Assembly (NCBI GenBank): GCA_964383705.1 | Contig: CAYLHJ010000003.1 | Coordinates: 361 to 64,360 of the forward strand | DNA length: 64,000 nucleotides | Direction: 5' to 3' | Source: an uncultured Candidatus Saccharibacteria bacterium | Lineage (GTDB): Bacteria; Patescibacteriota; Minisyncoccia; Phycocordibacterales; Zambryskibacteraceae | Part shown: one piece after another, positions 7,372-16,968 of the stretch | Numbering within the stretch: the stretch's first letter is position 1 | How the letters are laid out: each line of letters begins with the position of its first letter | Made by a program: the position numbers and the translations under genes | The notes under the pieces: model-generated | What the model saw: the letters and a program-made list of their open reading frames with translations, nothing else | Database searches by the model: none | What the model was told of the DNA's origin: nothing

Positions 7372-8629
7372 CCAACGTATTTTGTTTTACCACTATGCGA
7401 GCAGGAATATATCCCGCGATTAATGTGGCGACAATGAGGGTAACTGCCCGCGTAGCGGTATTTGGAATTTCTGCCACAAGAATACCATCACTAAATGGAA
7501 ACTTAATTGGATGCGCTTCAATAAAAGGCACGAGGAAACCATAGAGAATGAGGAGGCCAATACTAATACCAATAATTGCATAGAAAAATGATTGAAGAAC
7601 GTATGAAAATTCAATAGCTATTGAATCAATACCAATGCCCTTTAAAATGCCGATGAATTTCCTGCGAGTAATAGCATTAACAAAAATAACGATAAAAATC
7701 GTAATTGAAGCCGCAACTAAACCAATGGTCCCAACAACATTACCCAACAACCCAAAAGTATTTTTTATATCAAGAAGAAATTTTGGCAAGGATTCTTCCC
7801 ATGTTTGTACACGAGCATAATCACCAACCCCACCACGCAACAGAATATCTTTTACTAAATTTGGGTCGGCATCCTTTTTGAGAACAATTGATATCTCATC
7901 AACATTGTAATCTGACCTGCCAATCAAATTTCGCAAAGTTGTGTCAAGCATAAACATGCGAAAATCAACTTGATCCACTTTCCCCTGCATAATACCTTTA
8001 ATAAAAAATTCTTTTGTATTTTCTCCAACAGTGAGCAAAACTTTGTCTCCTATTTCTACATCTTCAAGTAAAGTAAGCCCAGGAACCTCTATATCAAGAT
8101 ACTTTCTTAAGAAGTTCGCTCCAATAAGAATACTGTCTGTATCAGCAGAAGTAAGATAGCTACCTTCAATAACTTTAGAACTTAGATGAGTTGCTTGATC
8201 TTCAAGCTCCGGATTAATACCAGCAATTTGCCCTGAAGCCGCATTCGGGGCGTCAGTAAGACGAATCTTTGTCTTATAATTCGCTTCAACTGTTCCCCCT
8301 TCTACATATCGATAAGTAACAACTTCGGCCCAAGGCAATTGCTGGGCCTGAGCAAGAATTGACGGACTATTTTCAATATATTCTTTCTTTGGGAGAGCAG
8401 TAATTAATATATCGCCGGCATAACCCGATCTGTATACATTAGTTGAACCTTCAATAAGGCCTACAAGAACCCCTCGAACAACAACCAAATTAAGAAAAGT
8501 TAGAACCATAACAAAAATAATAAGCGTTGTGGTGGCTCGAGAAGATCCCTTTACTTGACGGAGAGCAAGAAACCAACCGACTTTAAGAGATGTAACAATA
8601 TGAGAAAGGCGCTTTTTTTGTCGCTCCAT
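7349..8629 (-). CDS. ABC transporter permease (FtsX/MacB-like, 4 TM with a large extracytoplasmic domain)
   Basis: 426 aa. One TM helix, a roughly 250-aa loop, then three C-terminal TM helices: FtsX-like topology. The 3' end overlaps the ATPase gene. Confidence 0.75.
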   Translation of the reverse strand: MERQKKRLSHIVTSLKVGWFLALRQVKGSSRATTTLIIFVMVLTFLNLVVVRGVLVGLIEGSTNVYRSGYAGDILITALPKKEYIENSPSILAQAQQLPWAEVVTYRYVEGGTVEANYKTKIRLTDAPNAASGQIAGINPELEDQATHLSSKVIEGSYLTSADTDSILIGANFLRKYLDIEVPGLTLLEDVEIGDKVLLTVGENTKEFFIKGIMQGKVDQVDFRMFMLDTTLRNLIGRSDYNVDEISIVLKKDADPNLVKDILLRGGVGDYARVQTWEESLPKFLLDIKNTFGLLGNVVGTIGLVAASITIFIVIFVNAITRRKFIGILKGIGIDSIAIEFSYVLQSFFYAIIGISIGLLILYGFLVPFIEAHPIKFPFSDGILVAEIPNTATRAVTLIVATLIAGYIPARIVVKQNTLDAILGRK

Positions 8630-8668
8630 AATAAAGCAATATTCAGAATAACAAAAATACTTGATTAA

Positions 8669-9265
8669 TCAAGTATTTTGTGTCCACGGGATAGGAAAAG
8701 ATTCGAATTGCTTAAACAAAATTTTATCATACATCATCCGTGAAAAAGCTTCCGCCTCCCAAATAGCGCCGTTAATAGCTGTATGTGGCTTTGGTTCAGC
8801 ATTAATGCCGACATATTCCATAATTTTATCTGAATCAATTCTGGTTTTACGATTAAGAATTGGTGGCTCAATTCCTCTCCTGATCATGTGAAAATATGTA
8901 ACCGAGTGAAGATCAACAATTCTAAATGATAAAGGTGAGAATATCCCCACCCTCAACAGCGCAGAATTAATCATGGAAACATCAAAAGAAACATTTTGTC
9001 CGGCTATAACCATATCATCTCTGTTTTCTAACCAATCAATAAATAGCTTGGCTATCTCCCCTTCACCCTTTTTGCGAGGATCCTTAATCTGAGCTTCTGT
9101 AAATCCGTTTATCTGAAGTGCGGCGGGGTTAATTTCAGCCTGATCCCAGATCTTACACTCTTCAAAAAATTGCTTTTCTGGATGAGCAAAATCAATGGCC
9201 CCAATACTTACAATAGAATTTTTTTCTGGACTTATCCCGGTTGTTTCTACATCTAAAATAATCAT
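8669..9265 (-). CDS. DEDDh 3'-5' exonuclease (DnaQ/epsilon-like exonuclease domain protein)
   Basis: Exo I motif ILDVETTG near the N-terminus, downstream Exo II/III-like acidic motifs, and His before the C-terminal Asp. Confidence 0.75.
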   Translation of the reverse strand: MIILDVETTGISPEKNSIVSIGAIDFAHPEKQFFEECKIWDQAEINPAALQINGFTEAQIKDPRKKGEGEIAKLFIDWLENRDDMVIAGQNVSFDVSMINSALLRVGIFSPLSFRIVDLHSVTYFHMIRRGIEPPILNRKTRIDSDKIMEYVGINAEPKPHTAINGAIWEAEAFSRMMYDKILFKQFESFPIPWTQNT

Positions 9266-9271
9266 TTTGTT

Positions 9272-9748
9272 TTATTTTAATCCTTTGCAATTTGCAGCCG
9301 GAGTATATCCAGCCTTTCTTGCTTCCTCCGAAGAGTCAAAAAATATCTTATTTTCATCTAATATTCTTTTTGCCCCAGCACACCATGGGAAATGGTATTT
9401 TGTTCCACTTTTGGAAGCAACCACCACATCAGAATTACTGTTCGTTACTCCCTTAACTTCACTTGTTAAACCTTTGCCAAACTCATTTTGAGAAAAATTT
9501 GTGTTTACCGGAGACAAATTTTCGCCATTTCCTCTGATGACAACTGGAGTTTTTTCTTCCAATCGGATCATTCTCCCAAATCCAAATGAGGCAGTAGCAA
9601 CCAAAAACAGAATGATTACCTTTAAAATTAGGTCTTTTGGGGGGAAAATGGTCTTTCCTTTTGGGACAATCTCAAACTCCTCCTCAAAGATTGGATTCTT
9701 CTCAAAAGACTTGATTTCTTCCTTATTTTCTTTTATACTTATACCCAC
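9272..9748 (-). CDS. Membrane-anchored hypothetical protein with a C-terminal Ada-like zinc-binding domain; start uncertain
   Basis: The C-terminus KYHFPWCAGAKRILDENKIFFDSSEEARKAGYTPAANCK resembles the Ada N-terminal metal-binding domain (FCRPSC...FYANASEALAAGFRPCKRC). The tracked ORF extends to 9955 but that portion is antisense to rpmA, so a later start (for example GTG near 9748) is more plausible. Confidence 0.45.
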   Translation of the reverse strand: MGISIKENKEEIKSFEKNPIFEEEFEIVPKGKTIFPPKDLILKVIILFLVATASFGFGRMIRLEEKTPVVIRGNGENLSPVNTNFSQNEFGKGLTSEVKGVTNSNSDVVVASKSGTKYHFPWCAGAKRILDENKIFFDSSEEARKAGYTPAANCKGLK

Positions 9749-9782
9749 TTGTTTATTGTAGCAAGTAGAACAATCTAAAACT

Positions 9783-10055
9783 ATGGCAACCAAAAAAGCG
9801 GGCGGATCGTCAAAAAACGGAAGAGATTCCAATCCTAAATACCTCGGTATAAAGATAACTGCGGGTGATTTTGCATCACTTGGTTCAGTTCTTGTGCGCC
9901 AGAGAGGTAGTGATGTTCTACCGGGTAAAAATGTGGGAATCGGAAAAGACCACACACTCTTCGCACTTAAAGAGGGTGTTGTTCAAATGGGCAGAAAGAG
10001 AAAGACTCACTTCGACAATAGCACCATCATCAAAAAGGTTATACATGTGATCTAA
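9783..10055 (+). CDS. rpmA: 50S ribosomal protein L27
   Basis: [24 protein letters not shown]...GNILVRQRGT-like core; canonical L27 sequence. Confidence 0.9.
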   Translation: MATKKAGGSSKNGRDSNPKYLGIKITAGDFASLGSVLVRQRGSDVLPGKNVGIGKDHTLFALKEGVVQMGRKRKTHFDNSTIIKKVIHVI

Positions 10056-10090
10056 TAAAAACACCGGCTTAAGCCGGTGTTTTTATTTTG
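10056..10090. terminator. Bidirectional intrinsic terminator between rpmA (+) and rplI (-): ACACCGGC-ttaa-GCCGGTGT flanked by A- and T-tracts
   Basis: A perfect 8-bp palindromic stem with AAAAA upstream and TTTTATTTTG downstream. Confidence 0.7.
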
Positions 10091-10526
10091 CTTTTACAAT
10101 AAGCTTAAATTTGGCTATTTTTTCTTGAACCTTTACTTCCACTTCATGCTCGCCCACTTCTTTAATCGGTTTTTCAAGAATAATGAATTCTGGGAGGATA
10201 TCTAATCGTGTCTGTTCTTTTATAACTGGGATTAACTCTTCTTTGTGTATTCCAGCAAATAAATGCCCTTTATCATTAGCCTTTTCCTCCATTTCAATTA
10301 CAAGACCAGAAATATCATTCAAATTCTTTAATAAAAGGTCTTCTCTTATTGCCCTTTCGCCAGCCTCTTTTTCCTTTTGCTTCTCAGATTTTTTTACATT
10401 ACCTGGAGAAGCGATTTCTGCTAAATGATTGGGAATAAGAAAATTCGTGGCATATCCATCAGACACATCTTTGATTTCATGTTTTTTGCCGATTTTTGAA
10501 ACATTCTTTAAAAGGATAACTTTCAT
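10083..10526 (-). CDS. rplI: 50S ribosomal protein L9
   Basis: [32 protein letters not shown] is a typical L9 N-domain. The product is 147 aa. Confidence 0.85.
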   Translation of the reverse strand: MKVILLKNVSKIGKKHEIKDVSDGYATNFLIPNHLAEIASPGNVKKSEKQKEKEAGERAIREDLLLKNLNDISGLVIEMEEKANDKGHLFAGIHKEELIPVIKEQTRLDILPEFIILEKPIKEVGEHEVEVKVQEKIAKFKLIVKAK

Positions 10527-10599
10527 GTAAATCTGTTTATGATTGTGTAATGAGGTTATATACTACTCAATTTTACTTTTTTGTCTAATTACATTATTT

Positions 10600-11823
10600 C
10601 TACCAATTTAGAAGAGTTTCTATGGCCTTTTCTTTTTGAGCATCTTTTCCTTTAGCAAGATCTTCCTTTGTATTCTTGACTTCAATATCCGGCTTAACCC
10701 CATCCTCTGAAATAGATATTCCAAGTGGAGTAAGCCATCTAGCTATTGTCACTTTTAGCGATGTCTCTGGAGTTATATTTATTAGCTCTTGAACTGACCC
10801 CTTTCCGAAACTTCTCTCCCCAACCACCTTAGCAATATTGTGCTCTTGAAGAGCTCCGGCAAGAATTTCTGAGGCTGAGGCAGAGCCCCCATTAATCAAA
10901 ATCACTAATTTTAATTTATCATTGAAAACATTGTAACCGCGACTTCGATAGATTGTTTCTTCCTGTTGGTCGCCAAAATCTTCCCGAACAATCACTTTAC
11001 CCGGTGGCAAGAACCAACTTGCCATATCTATTGAGGCCTCAAGATACCCGCCAGGATTTCCTCGAAGGTCGATAATAAGCTTGTCTGTACGTGATTCTAT
11101 AAACTCTCTCAGCGCTTTTCTAAATAAAGTTGGTGAATTTGCTGAAAAACTATAAAGTTCAATTACAAAAACTTTATTTGGAAGAAGTTCAGTATTAATG
11201 GTTGGAATATTAATAACATCTCGAACAACTGAAACTTTGATTGGCTCTTCTTCACCCTCACGAACAATAGTGAGCTTAACTGCAGTCCCCTTTTTACCAC
11301 GAATAAGTGATACAGATTCATCAGTTGAAAGGTTGTATGTCGGAGTATCCTCAATTTCAATGATTTTGTCTCCAGAAAGAATCCCAGCATTATACGCTGG
11401 CGTCCCTTTAATTGGGGAAATAACCGTAAGAGTTCCGTCCCTTTGGCCAATTTCCATACCCACTCCTTCAAAATTACCTCGGACATCACTTTGGAAAAGC
11501 TCATTTTCAACCGGAGGAAGAAATTGAGTATATGGATCGTCTAAAGAATTGGCTAATCCTTCTATTGCCCCCCAGACCTTTTCCTGATCTGTAACCGAAT
11601 CTGTTGTGGTAGCGGGCACAAATTTTTCATTAAGAATATTCCACGCTTTCCAAAAAGGAGAAAAGTCAACACCATTTGGTTGACCCAACTCTTTATTATC
11701 TAAGCTTGAAACTTCGGCCTTATTTTTATTTTTCCCCTCCCCAACAGAAACACCGGTATAAAACGAAGCTAAGATAATCAAAACGAGTACGGCTACAGAA
11801 AGGTTCTTTGAGTAAGTTTTCAT
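10600..11823 (-). CDS. ctpA: Carboxyl-terminal processing protease (S41 peptidase, PDZ-containing)
   Basis: Signal/TM N-terminus, a PDZ domain, the S41 motif GGSASASEILAGALQ and a catalytic Lys region. Confidence 0.85.
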   Translation of the reverse strand: MKTYSKNLSVAVLVLIILASFYTGVSVGEGKNKNKAEVSSLDNKELGQPNGVDFSPFWKAWNILNEKFVPATTTDSVTDQEKVWGAIEGLANSLDDPYTQFLPPVENELFQSDVRGNFEGVGMEIGQRDGTLTVISPIKGTPAYNAGILSGDKIIEIEDTPTYNLSTDESVSLIRGKKGTAVKLTIVREGEEEPIKVSVVRDVINIPTINTELLPNKVFVIELYSFSANSPTLFRKALREFIESRTDKLIIDLRGNPGGYLEASIDMASWFLPPGKVIVREDFGDQQEETIYRSRGYNVFNDKLKLVILINGGSASASEILAGALQEHNIAKVVGERSFGKGSVQELINITPETSLKVTIARWLTPLGISISEDGVKPDIEVKNTKEDLAKGKDAQKEKAIETLLNW

Positions 11824-11902
11824 GAATACCTGCCATTATCTCAAAGAAATGCCCCAGTAGTCAAAGTTTAAATAAGCTGTGTTATAATTTTCACAACTTA
11901 GT

Positions 11903-12820
11903 ATGATAAACCGTTATAAATACAAAGATACCGTTTGGGTAGATATCACCAATCCTACAGATGACGAGGTTTCAGTAGTTGTCGAAGAATTCGGCATCAA
12001 TCACTCAGTCAAGAAAGAACTCGTCTCGCCATCGGTTAAATCGAGAGTAGAAATACACAAGGATTACATTTATTTGATTCTTCATTTCCCATCTTTTAAA
12101 CACAGTCATTCTGAAGAAAGTAACAGACAGGAAATAGATTTTGTCATCGGTAAAGATTTTCTAATCACAACCCGATATGAAACCATAGACGCGGTGGATA
12201 AATTCTCAAAAATCGTCGAGGTAAATACCATACTCGATAGGGGTTTTAAAGAAAATTGCACCGGCATCTTATTCTTTGGTGTCCTGCAAGAAATCTATCA
12301 ATCTCTTTTCAATGAAATGGAGTATATTGAGGGTACACTCATGAAGATTGAGGAAAATATCTTCGCCGGAAAAGAGAAAGAAATGGTCCTCGCCCTTTCA
12401 GAAGCAAGTCGAACCCTTCTTAATTTTAAAAAAGCAACCGATTTCCACAAAGAAGTATTGGAATCACTCGACAGGTATGGCAAAGAAATATTTGACGACC
12501 ACTTCTCATATCACACCAGAAGTATCTTGGATGAATACTTTAAAGTAAACAGTGCGATAAAAAACAATATGGAGTTTGTCGCTGAACTACGGGAAACGAA
12601 CAATTCTCTCCTTTCAAGCAAGCAAAATGAGATAATGAAAATCCTCACTATTATTACCTTTATTGTTTCGCCACTAGCCCTCATCGCTTCCCTTTTTCAA
12701 ATCGATACGGCCTCAAGACCACTTATTGGCTCACCAAATGATTTTTGGATAATTGTTGGTGCCATGGTTGTAATCAGCGTTAGTATGTATATTCTATTTA
12801 AATTCAAAAAGTGGCTTTAG
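11903..12820 (+). CDS. CorA-like divalent cation transporter homologue, divergent (canonical GMN motif absent)
   Basis: 305 aa with a cytoplasmic N-domain and two C-terminal TM helices in CorA topology. The position where YGMNF is expected reads SLFQID. Confidence 0.5.
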   Translation: MINRYKYKDTVWVDITNPTDDEVSVVVEEFGINHSVKKELVSPSVKSRVEIHKDYIYLILHFPSFKHSHSEESNRQEIDFVIGKDFLITTRYETIDAVDKFSKIVEVNTILDRGFKENCTGILFFGVLQEIYQSLFNEMEYIEGTLMKIEENIFAGKEKEMVLALSEASRTLLNFKKATDFHKEVLESLDRYGKEIFDDHFSYHTRSILDEYFKVNSAIKNNMEFVAELRETNNSLLSSKQNEIMKILTIITFIVSPLALIASLFQIDTASRPLIGSPNDFWIIVGAMVVISVSMYILFKFKKWL

Positions 12821-12826
12821 AAACAA

Positions 12827-14221
12827 ATGCTTCGCCTGAAAAATACGCTCACAGAAAAGGTAGAGAATTTTAAACCGATACAGGAAGGAAAGGTCGGAAT
12901 GTATAACTGCGGGCCAACTGTTTATGATGATGTGCATATCGGCAATCTTCGGTCTTTTGTTATGGCCGATCTTATTCGCCGAACTCTTGAATTTAGCGGT
13001 TACAAGGTCACCCAAGTAATGAATATAACCGATATAGGCCATCTCTCAGGAGACAATGATAGCGGTGAAGACAAAATGACAAAAGGGTTAAAAAGAGAGG
13101 GAAAGCCTTTGACACTTGAAGCCATGAAAGAACTTGCTGATTTTTACGCAAATCGTTTTAAGAAAGACCTAGAAAAATTAAACATCAAAACCCCCCATCA
13201 TTTCCCTAAAGCAAGCGAGCATGTTAAGGAAGATGTCGAGCTTATAAAAATTTTGGAAGAAAAAGGATTTACTTATAAAACCAAAGACGGAATATACTTT
13301 GATACGACAAAAGATGAATCTTATGGACAGCTGGGCGGTATTAACTCAGAAGGAAAAGATGTTAGAGCGAGAATCTCAACAAACAATGAAAAACAAAACC
13401 AAAGAGATTTTGCTCTCTGGAAATTTAATGAAAATATTGGCTTTGAAAGCCCTTGGGGAAAAGGATTTCCTGGTTGGCATATTGAATGCTCGGCAATGTC
13501 ACGAAAATATCTGGGAGATCATTTTGATATTCATACTGGGGGCATTGATCTTGCATCCATCCATCACAATAATGAAATTGCACAATCACAAAATGCTTGC
13601 AGTTGCCAATTTGTAAATTACTGGGTTCACAATGCATTTGTGAATGTCACAGACGGCAAAATGGCAAAATCAGAAGGAAATACCCTAACCCTTGATGCCC
13701 TTACTTCAAAAGGAATTAATCCCCTCTCATATAGATACTGGCTCTTACAAGCACATTATAGTTCTCCTATAAATTTCACTTGGGAAGCAATAGAGGGGTC
13801 TCAAAATGGATACAAAAATCTTGCAACACAGATAAAAAATCTCGGAAAAGATATTGGAACAATTGATCCTAAATACAGAGATGAATTTACAGAAATAATC
13901 CAAAATGACATAGATACCCCGCAAGCCATAGCTCTTGTGTGGAAATTACTAAAAGATGACAGCGTGCCTAATCCGGATAAAAAAGCAACTATTTTGTATT
14001 TTGATAAAGTCTTTGGGCTGGATCTTGATAATTCAGAAATTAATAATTCTGAAATATCATTTTCTGAATTACCGGAAGATATAAAAGAGTTGATAAAAGA
14101 AAGAGAAATTCATAGAAAATCAAAAGATTGGGAAAAATCTGATTCTCTTCGAAAAGAAATCGCAAAAAGGGGCTATGAGCTTAAAGATACTGGAGAGGGG
14201 GTAAAAATACTCTCTATTTAG
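12827..14221 (+). CDS. cysS: Cysteinyl-tRNA synthetase
   Basis: HIGN (HIGH) motif, KMAKSEGN (KMSKS) motif and a Cys-binding Zn site; class I CysRS architecture. 464 aa. Confidence 0.9.
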   Translation: MLRLKNTLTEKVENFKPIQEGKVGMYNCGPTVYDDVHIGNLRSFVMADLIRRTLEFSGYKVTQVMNITDIGHLSGDNDSGEDKMTKGLKREGKPLTLEAMKELADFYANRFKKDLEKLNIKTPHHFPKASEHVKEDVELIKILEEKGFTYKTKDGIYFDTTKDESYGQLGGINSEGKDVRARISTNNEKQNQRDFALWKFNENIGFESPWGKGFPGWHIECSAMSRKYLGDHFDIHTGGIDLASIHHNNEIAQSQNACSCQFVNYWVHNAFVNVTDGKMAKSEGNTLTLDALTSKGINPLSYRYWLLQAHYSSPINFTWEAIEGSQNGYKNLATQIKNLGKDIGTIDPKYRDEFTEIIQNDIDTPQAIALVWKLLKDDSVPNPDKKATILYFDKVFGLDLDNSEINNSEISFSELPEDIKELIKEREIHRKSKDWEKSDSLRKEIAKRGYELKDTGEGVKILSI

Positions 14222-14353
14222 CACCATAAAATATTTATTAAAATCTGTAAATCGCATTAATCAGGGCTTTATAACTACTTTTTTACTCTCCACATCTTAG
14301 CCACAGCTTTTTCCTAAGATTTTCTTTCTGTTCTATTTTGCCTTCATGGTAAT

Positions 14354-15748
14354 ATGTCTTTCATGGCAGACAAAATCATCCGCGACAAAGTCCGCATCCC
14401 ACCACAAAGTATTGAAGCTGAGGTGGCTCTTCTTGGATCAATAATGCTTCGACCCGAAGCCATATACGAAATTGTTGATCTCATAAATACCCAGTCATTC
14501 TATGCAGAAAAACATGCAATTATTTTCGAAACAATGCTCGAACTTTTTTCTAAACGAAACCCCATCGACCTGCTTTCCCTTTCTTCACGACTTAAAGAAA
14601 AGGGTCTTCTTGACCAGGTTGGCGGTGCAAGCTATTTAACTGAACTTGTAAACACCGTCCCCTCATCAGCCAATATCAAGCATTATGGAGAGATTGTCCA
14701 AAAAAAAGCCATGATGCGTCGATTAATTGATGCTTCAGAGTTTATTTCTCATATTGGATTTGATGACGCACACGATTTGGAAGAAGCATTAGATAAGGCA
14801 GAAAAAAAGATTTACGAAGTGACCAATGTTGGAACAACACATAAATTTGTTCATATGAAAGACGAACTTGTCGGAGCGTGGGAGCGTCTTGACCACCTAC
14901 ACAACAGTAAAGGTGAGATGCGTGGAATACCTACCGGGTTTACCGATATAGATAATAGACTTGCAGGTCTTCAAAAAGCCGACCTTATTATTCTCGCAGC
15001 GCGACCTTCAATGGGAAAAACCGCACTCGCTTTAGATATTGCGCGACAAGCGGCTGTAAATCACAATGTTCCTGTTGGAATTTTTTCTTTGGAAATGAGC
15101 TCACAACAATTGGTTGACCGCATGCTCGCATCACAATCAAATGTAGACGCTTGGAAGTTAAGAACTGGGAGACTTACAAGAGAAGAAGATTTCGATGCGC
15201 TCAGACATTCCTTGGACAAACTCTCACAAGCCCCGATCTATATCGATGATCAACCAGGAAATAATATTTTAAAAATGCGATCTGTCGCAAGAAGATTGAA
15301 AAGTGAAAAAGGTCTTGGTCTTATAGTAGTTGACTACCTTCAGCTCATGCTCCCGACCCATACAAAATCAAGTGATAATCTGGTTCAGCAAGTAACGGAA
15401 ATCTCTCGATCACTTAAAAATCTGGCCCGCGAATTAGATATTCCAGTTCTTGCCCTTTCTCAACTCTCTAGAGCGGTTGAACAGCGTGATGGAAACCGTC
15501 CCCGCCTTTCTGATCTGAGAGATTCCGGCTCAATTGAGCAAGATGCGGACGTAGTAATGTTTATCCATCGAAAAGATAAATACAAAGAGGAATCCGAAAG
15601 AACAAATATCGCCGAAATACTTATTGAAAAGCATAGGAATGGAGAAACGGGAACTGTAAATCTTTACTTTAATGAGAAGAAGGTCACTTTCCAAAATATG
15701 GAAAAAGGTGAATTTACGGGGGCAGAAAAAGAACTGAATGAATTCTAA
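14354..15748 (+). CDS. dnaB: Replicative DNA helicase DnaB
   Basis: N-terminal DnaB domain. RecA-like domain with Walker A GARPSMGKTAL, Walker B VVDYLQLM and an arginine finger. 464 aa. Confidence 0.9.
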   Translation: MSFMADKIIRDKVRIPPQSIEAEVALLGSIMLRPEAIYEIVDLINTQSFYAEKHAIIFETMLELFSKRNPIDLLSLSSRLKEKGLLDQVGGASYLTELVNTVPSSANIKHYGEIVQKKAMMRRLIDASEFISHIGFDDAHDLEEALDKAEKKIYEVTNVGTTHKFVHMKDELVGAWERLDHLHNSKGEMRGIPTGFTDIDNRLAGLQKADLIILAARPSMGKTALALDIARQAAVNHNVPVGIFSLEMSSQQLVDRMLASQSNVDAWKLRTGRLTREEDFDALRHSLDKLSQAPIYIDDQPGNNILKMRSVARRLKSEKGLGLIVVDYLQLMLPTHTKSSDNLVQQVTEISRSLKNLARELDIPVLALSQLSRAVEQRDGNRPRLSDLRDSGSIEQDADVVMFIHRKDKYKEESERTNIAEILIEKHRNGETGTVNLYFNEKKVTFQNMEKGEFTGAEKELNEF

Positions 15749-15763
15749 TGATGATTAAAAGAT

Positions 15764-16375
15764 ATGAATGCTGTTCAAAAGCTTATTGAGATGTTTTCAG
15801 ATTTCCCTGGTATCGGCCCAAGACAAGCAAAGCGCTTTGTCTATTTTCTTTTGAATCGCAATGGTACCTATATAGAAGAATTTATTACTCTAATAAATGA
15901 ACTCAAAAAAGAAACCGCGCTTTGCAATTCTTGTTATCGACACTTCACGAAAAACAAAGATACAAATAAAAATTGCCCTATATGCTTAGACCCAAAAAGA
16001 AAGAAAGAAAAACTTATGGTTGTTGCCAGGGAAGTTGATTTTGAAAATATTGAAAAAACCGGAATATATGACGGAATTTACTTCATACTGGGGGGCAATA
16101 TCCCAATCCTTGAGAAAGACCCCATCAAAAAGGTGCGCATTAGAGAACTCCAGAAAAAAGTGACAGATAGTTCAATTTCAGAAATTACTTTAGCAATGAA
16201 TGCAAACCCGGAAGGAGAGAATACGGAAGAAATACTCCGTGAAGAATTAAAGAAGGTAAGCCAAGACAAAAACATAAAAATACTCACGCTTGGTCGTGGG
16301 CTTTCAACTGGAGTTGAACTTGAATATTCAGATAGCGAAACTATTAAAAACGCCTTCAAAAACCGAACAGATTAA
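15764..16375 (+). CDS. recR: Recombination protein RecR
   Basis: HhH motif FPGIGPRQAKRF, a C4 zinc finger CNSC...CPIC, and a Toprim domain with YFILGG. Confidence 0.85.
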   Translation: MNAVQKLIEMFSDFPGIGPRQAKRFVYFLLNRNGTYIEEFITLINELKKETALCNSCYRHFTKNKDTNKNCPICLDPKRKKEKLMVVAREVDFENIEKTGIYDGIYFILGGNIPILEKDPIKKVRIRELQKKVTDSSISEITLAMNANPEGENTEEILREELKKVSQDKNIKILTLGRGLSTGVELEYSDSETIKNAFKNRTD

Positions 16376-16383
16376 ATAAATAA

Positions 16384-16785
16384 TTATTTTATTGAATCAA
16401 TAGTAACTTCAAAGTATGGCTGTCGATGACCATTCTTTTTGAAGTACCGGCTTTTCTGCTTGTACTTAATAACTGTAACTGTAGGATATCTGCCAATCTT
16501 AGTGAGACTGCCCTCAACTTTTGCTCCACCAATATATGGGTCACCAATGGTAGTATTTGAACCATCATCAACTAGAAGCACCTGATCAAAGACCATACGA
16601 TCTCCTTCCTTGAAAGACCCCTCTATTTTTTCGATCTTTATCTTTTCCCCTTGGGCAACCTTATATTGCTTGCCGCCGGTCGCAATAACAGCAAACAAGT
16701 CGCTCTTGCTTTGCTTTTCGGCTCTCGGCTTCTGGGTTTTTTTGGCTTCTGCTGTTTTAGGCATAACGGGTATCATTCTATACAA
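16384..16785 (-). CDS. rplU: 50S ribosomal protein L21 (start is probably an internal ATG; the tracked start is TTG)
   Basis: The core FAVIATGGKQYKVAQGEKIKIEKIEG...VLLVDDG...YKQKSRYFKKNGHRQPYFEVTI is typical of L21. The gene is not adjacent to rpmA. Confidence 0.85.
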   Translation of the reverse strand: MYRMIPVMPKTAEAKKTQKPRAEKQSKSDLFAVIATGGKQYKVAQGEKIKIEKIEGSFKEGDRMVFDQVLLVDDGSNTTIGDPYIGGAKVEGSLTKIGRYPTVTVIKYKQKSRYFKKNGHRQPYFEVTIDSIK

Positions 16786-16827
16786 AAAACATAAAAAGAC
16801 AAGCGCCTAACGTTTCCGTCAGGCGCT
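16783..16827 (-). terminator. Minus-strand intrinsic terminator: AGCGCCT-N12-AGGCGCT followed, on the minus strand, by TTGTCTTTTTATGTTTTTTG
   Basis: A 7-bp GC stem immediately after the stop of GC-rich mini-cistron B. The U-tract overlaps the rplU start region. Confidence 0.6.
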
Positions 16828-16836
16828 GGAACGAGA

Positions 16837-16968
16837 TCACCTCCCAGGGTTCCGTGTCTCGAGGGTCGACTGAGAGAAACTGGGTTCATTGTACCCACCA
16901 GCGCGAGTGCCTCCGCCATACCGGCCCCTGATCCTAGTCCGATCCCTGGAAAGTGCTGATCTTTTCAT
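16837..16968 (-). CDS. GC-rich mini-cistron B: 43-aa Arg/Gly-rich hypothetical peptide (MKRSALSRDRTRIRGRYGGGTRAGGYNEPSFSQSTLETRNPGR)
   Basis: Consensus SD AGGAGG lies 5 nt before the ATG on the minus strand. The patch is GC-rich and sits in an otherwise ORF-free intergenic region. It ends at a terminator hairpin. An alternative reading as a structured ncRNA is not excluded. Confidence 0.35.
   Translation of the reverse strand: MKRSALSRDRTRIRGRYGGGTRAGGYNEPSFSQSTLETRNPGR

Noticed and set aside
9749-9955. 5' extension of the Ada-Zn-domain gene (tracked ORF start at 9955)
   Set aside because: The extension would be antisense to the entire 5' half of rpmA and lacks a signal peptide. An internal start near 9748 keeps the TM anchor and avoids the overlap.
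11163-11527. ORFs 11163..11510 (-) and 11198..11527 (+) inside ctpA
   Set aside because: Alternative-frame or antisense ORFs within a well-supported S41 protease gene.
14280-14296. Possible DnaA box (TCTCCACA) upstream of dnaB
   Set aside because: Two mismatches to TTATCCACA and a single copy only. Insufficient.
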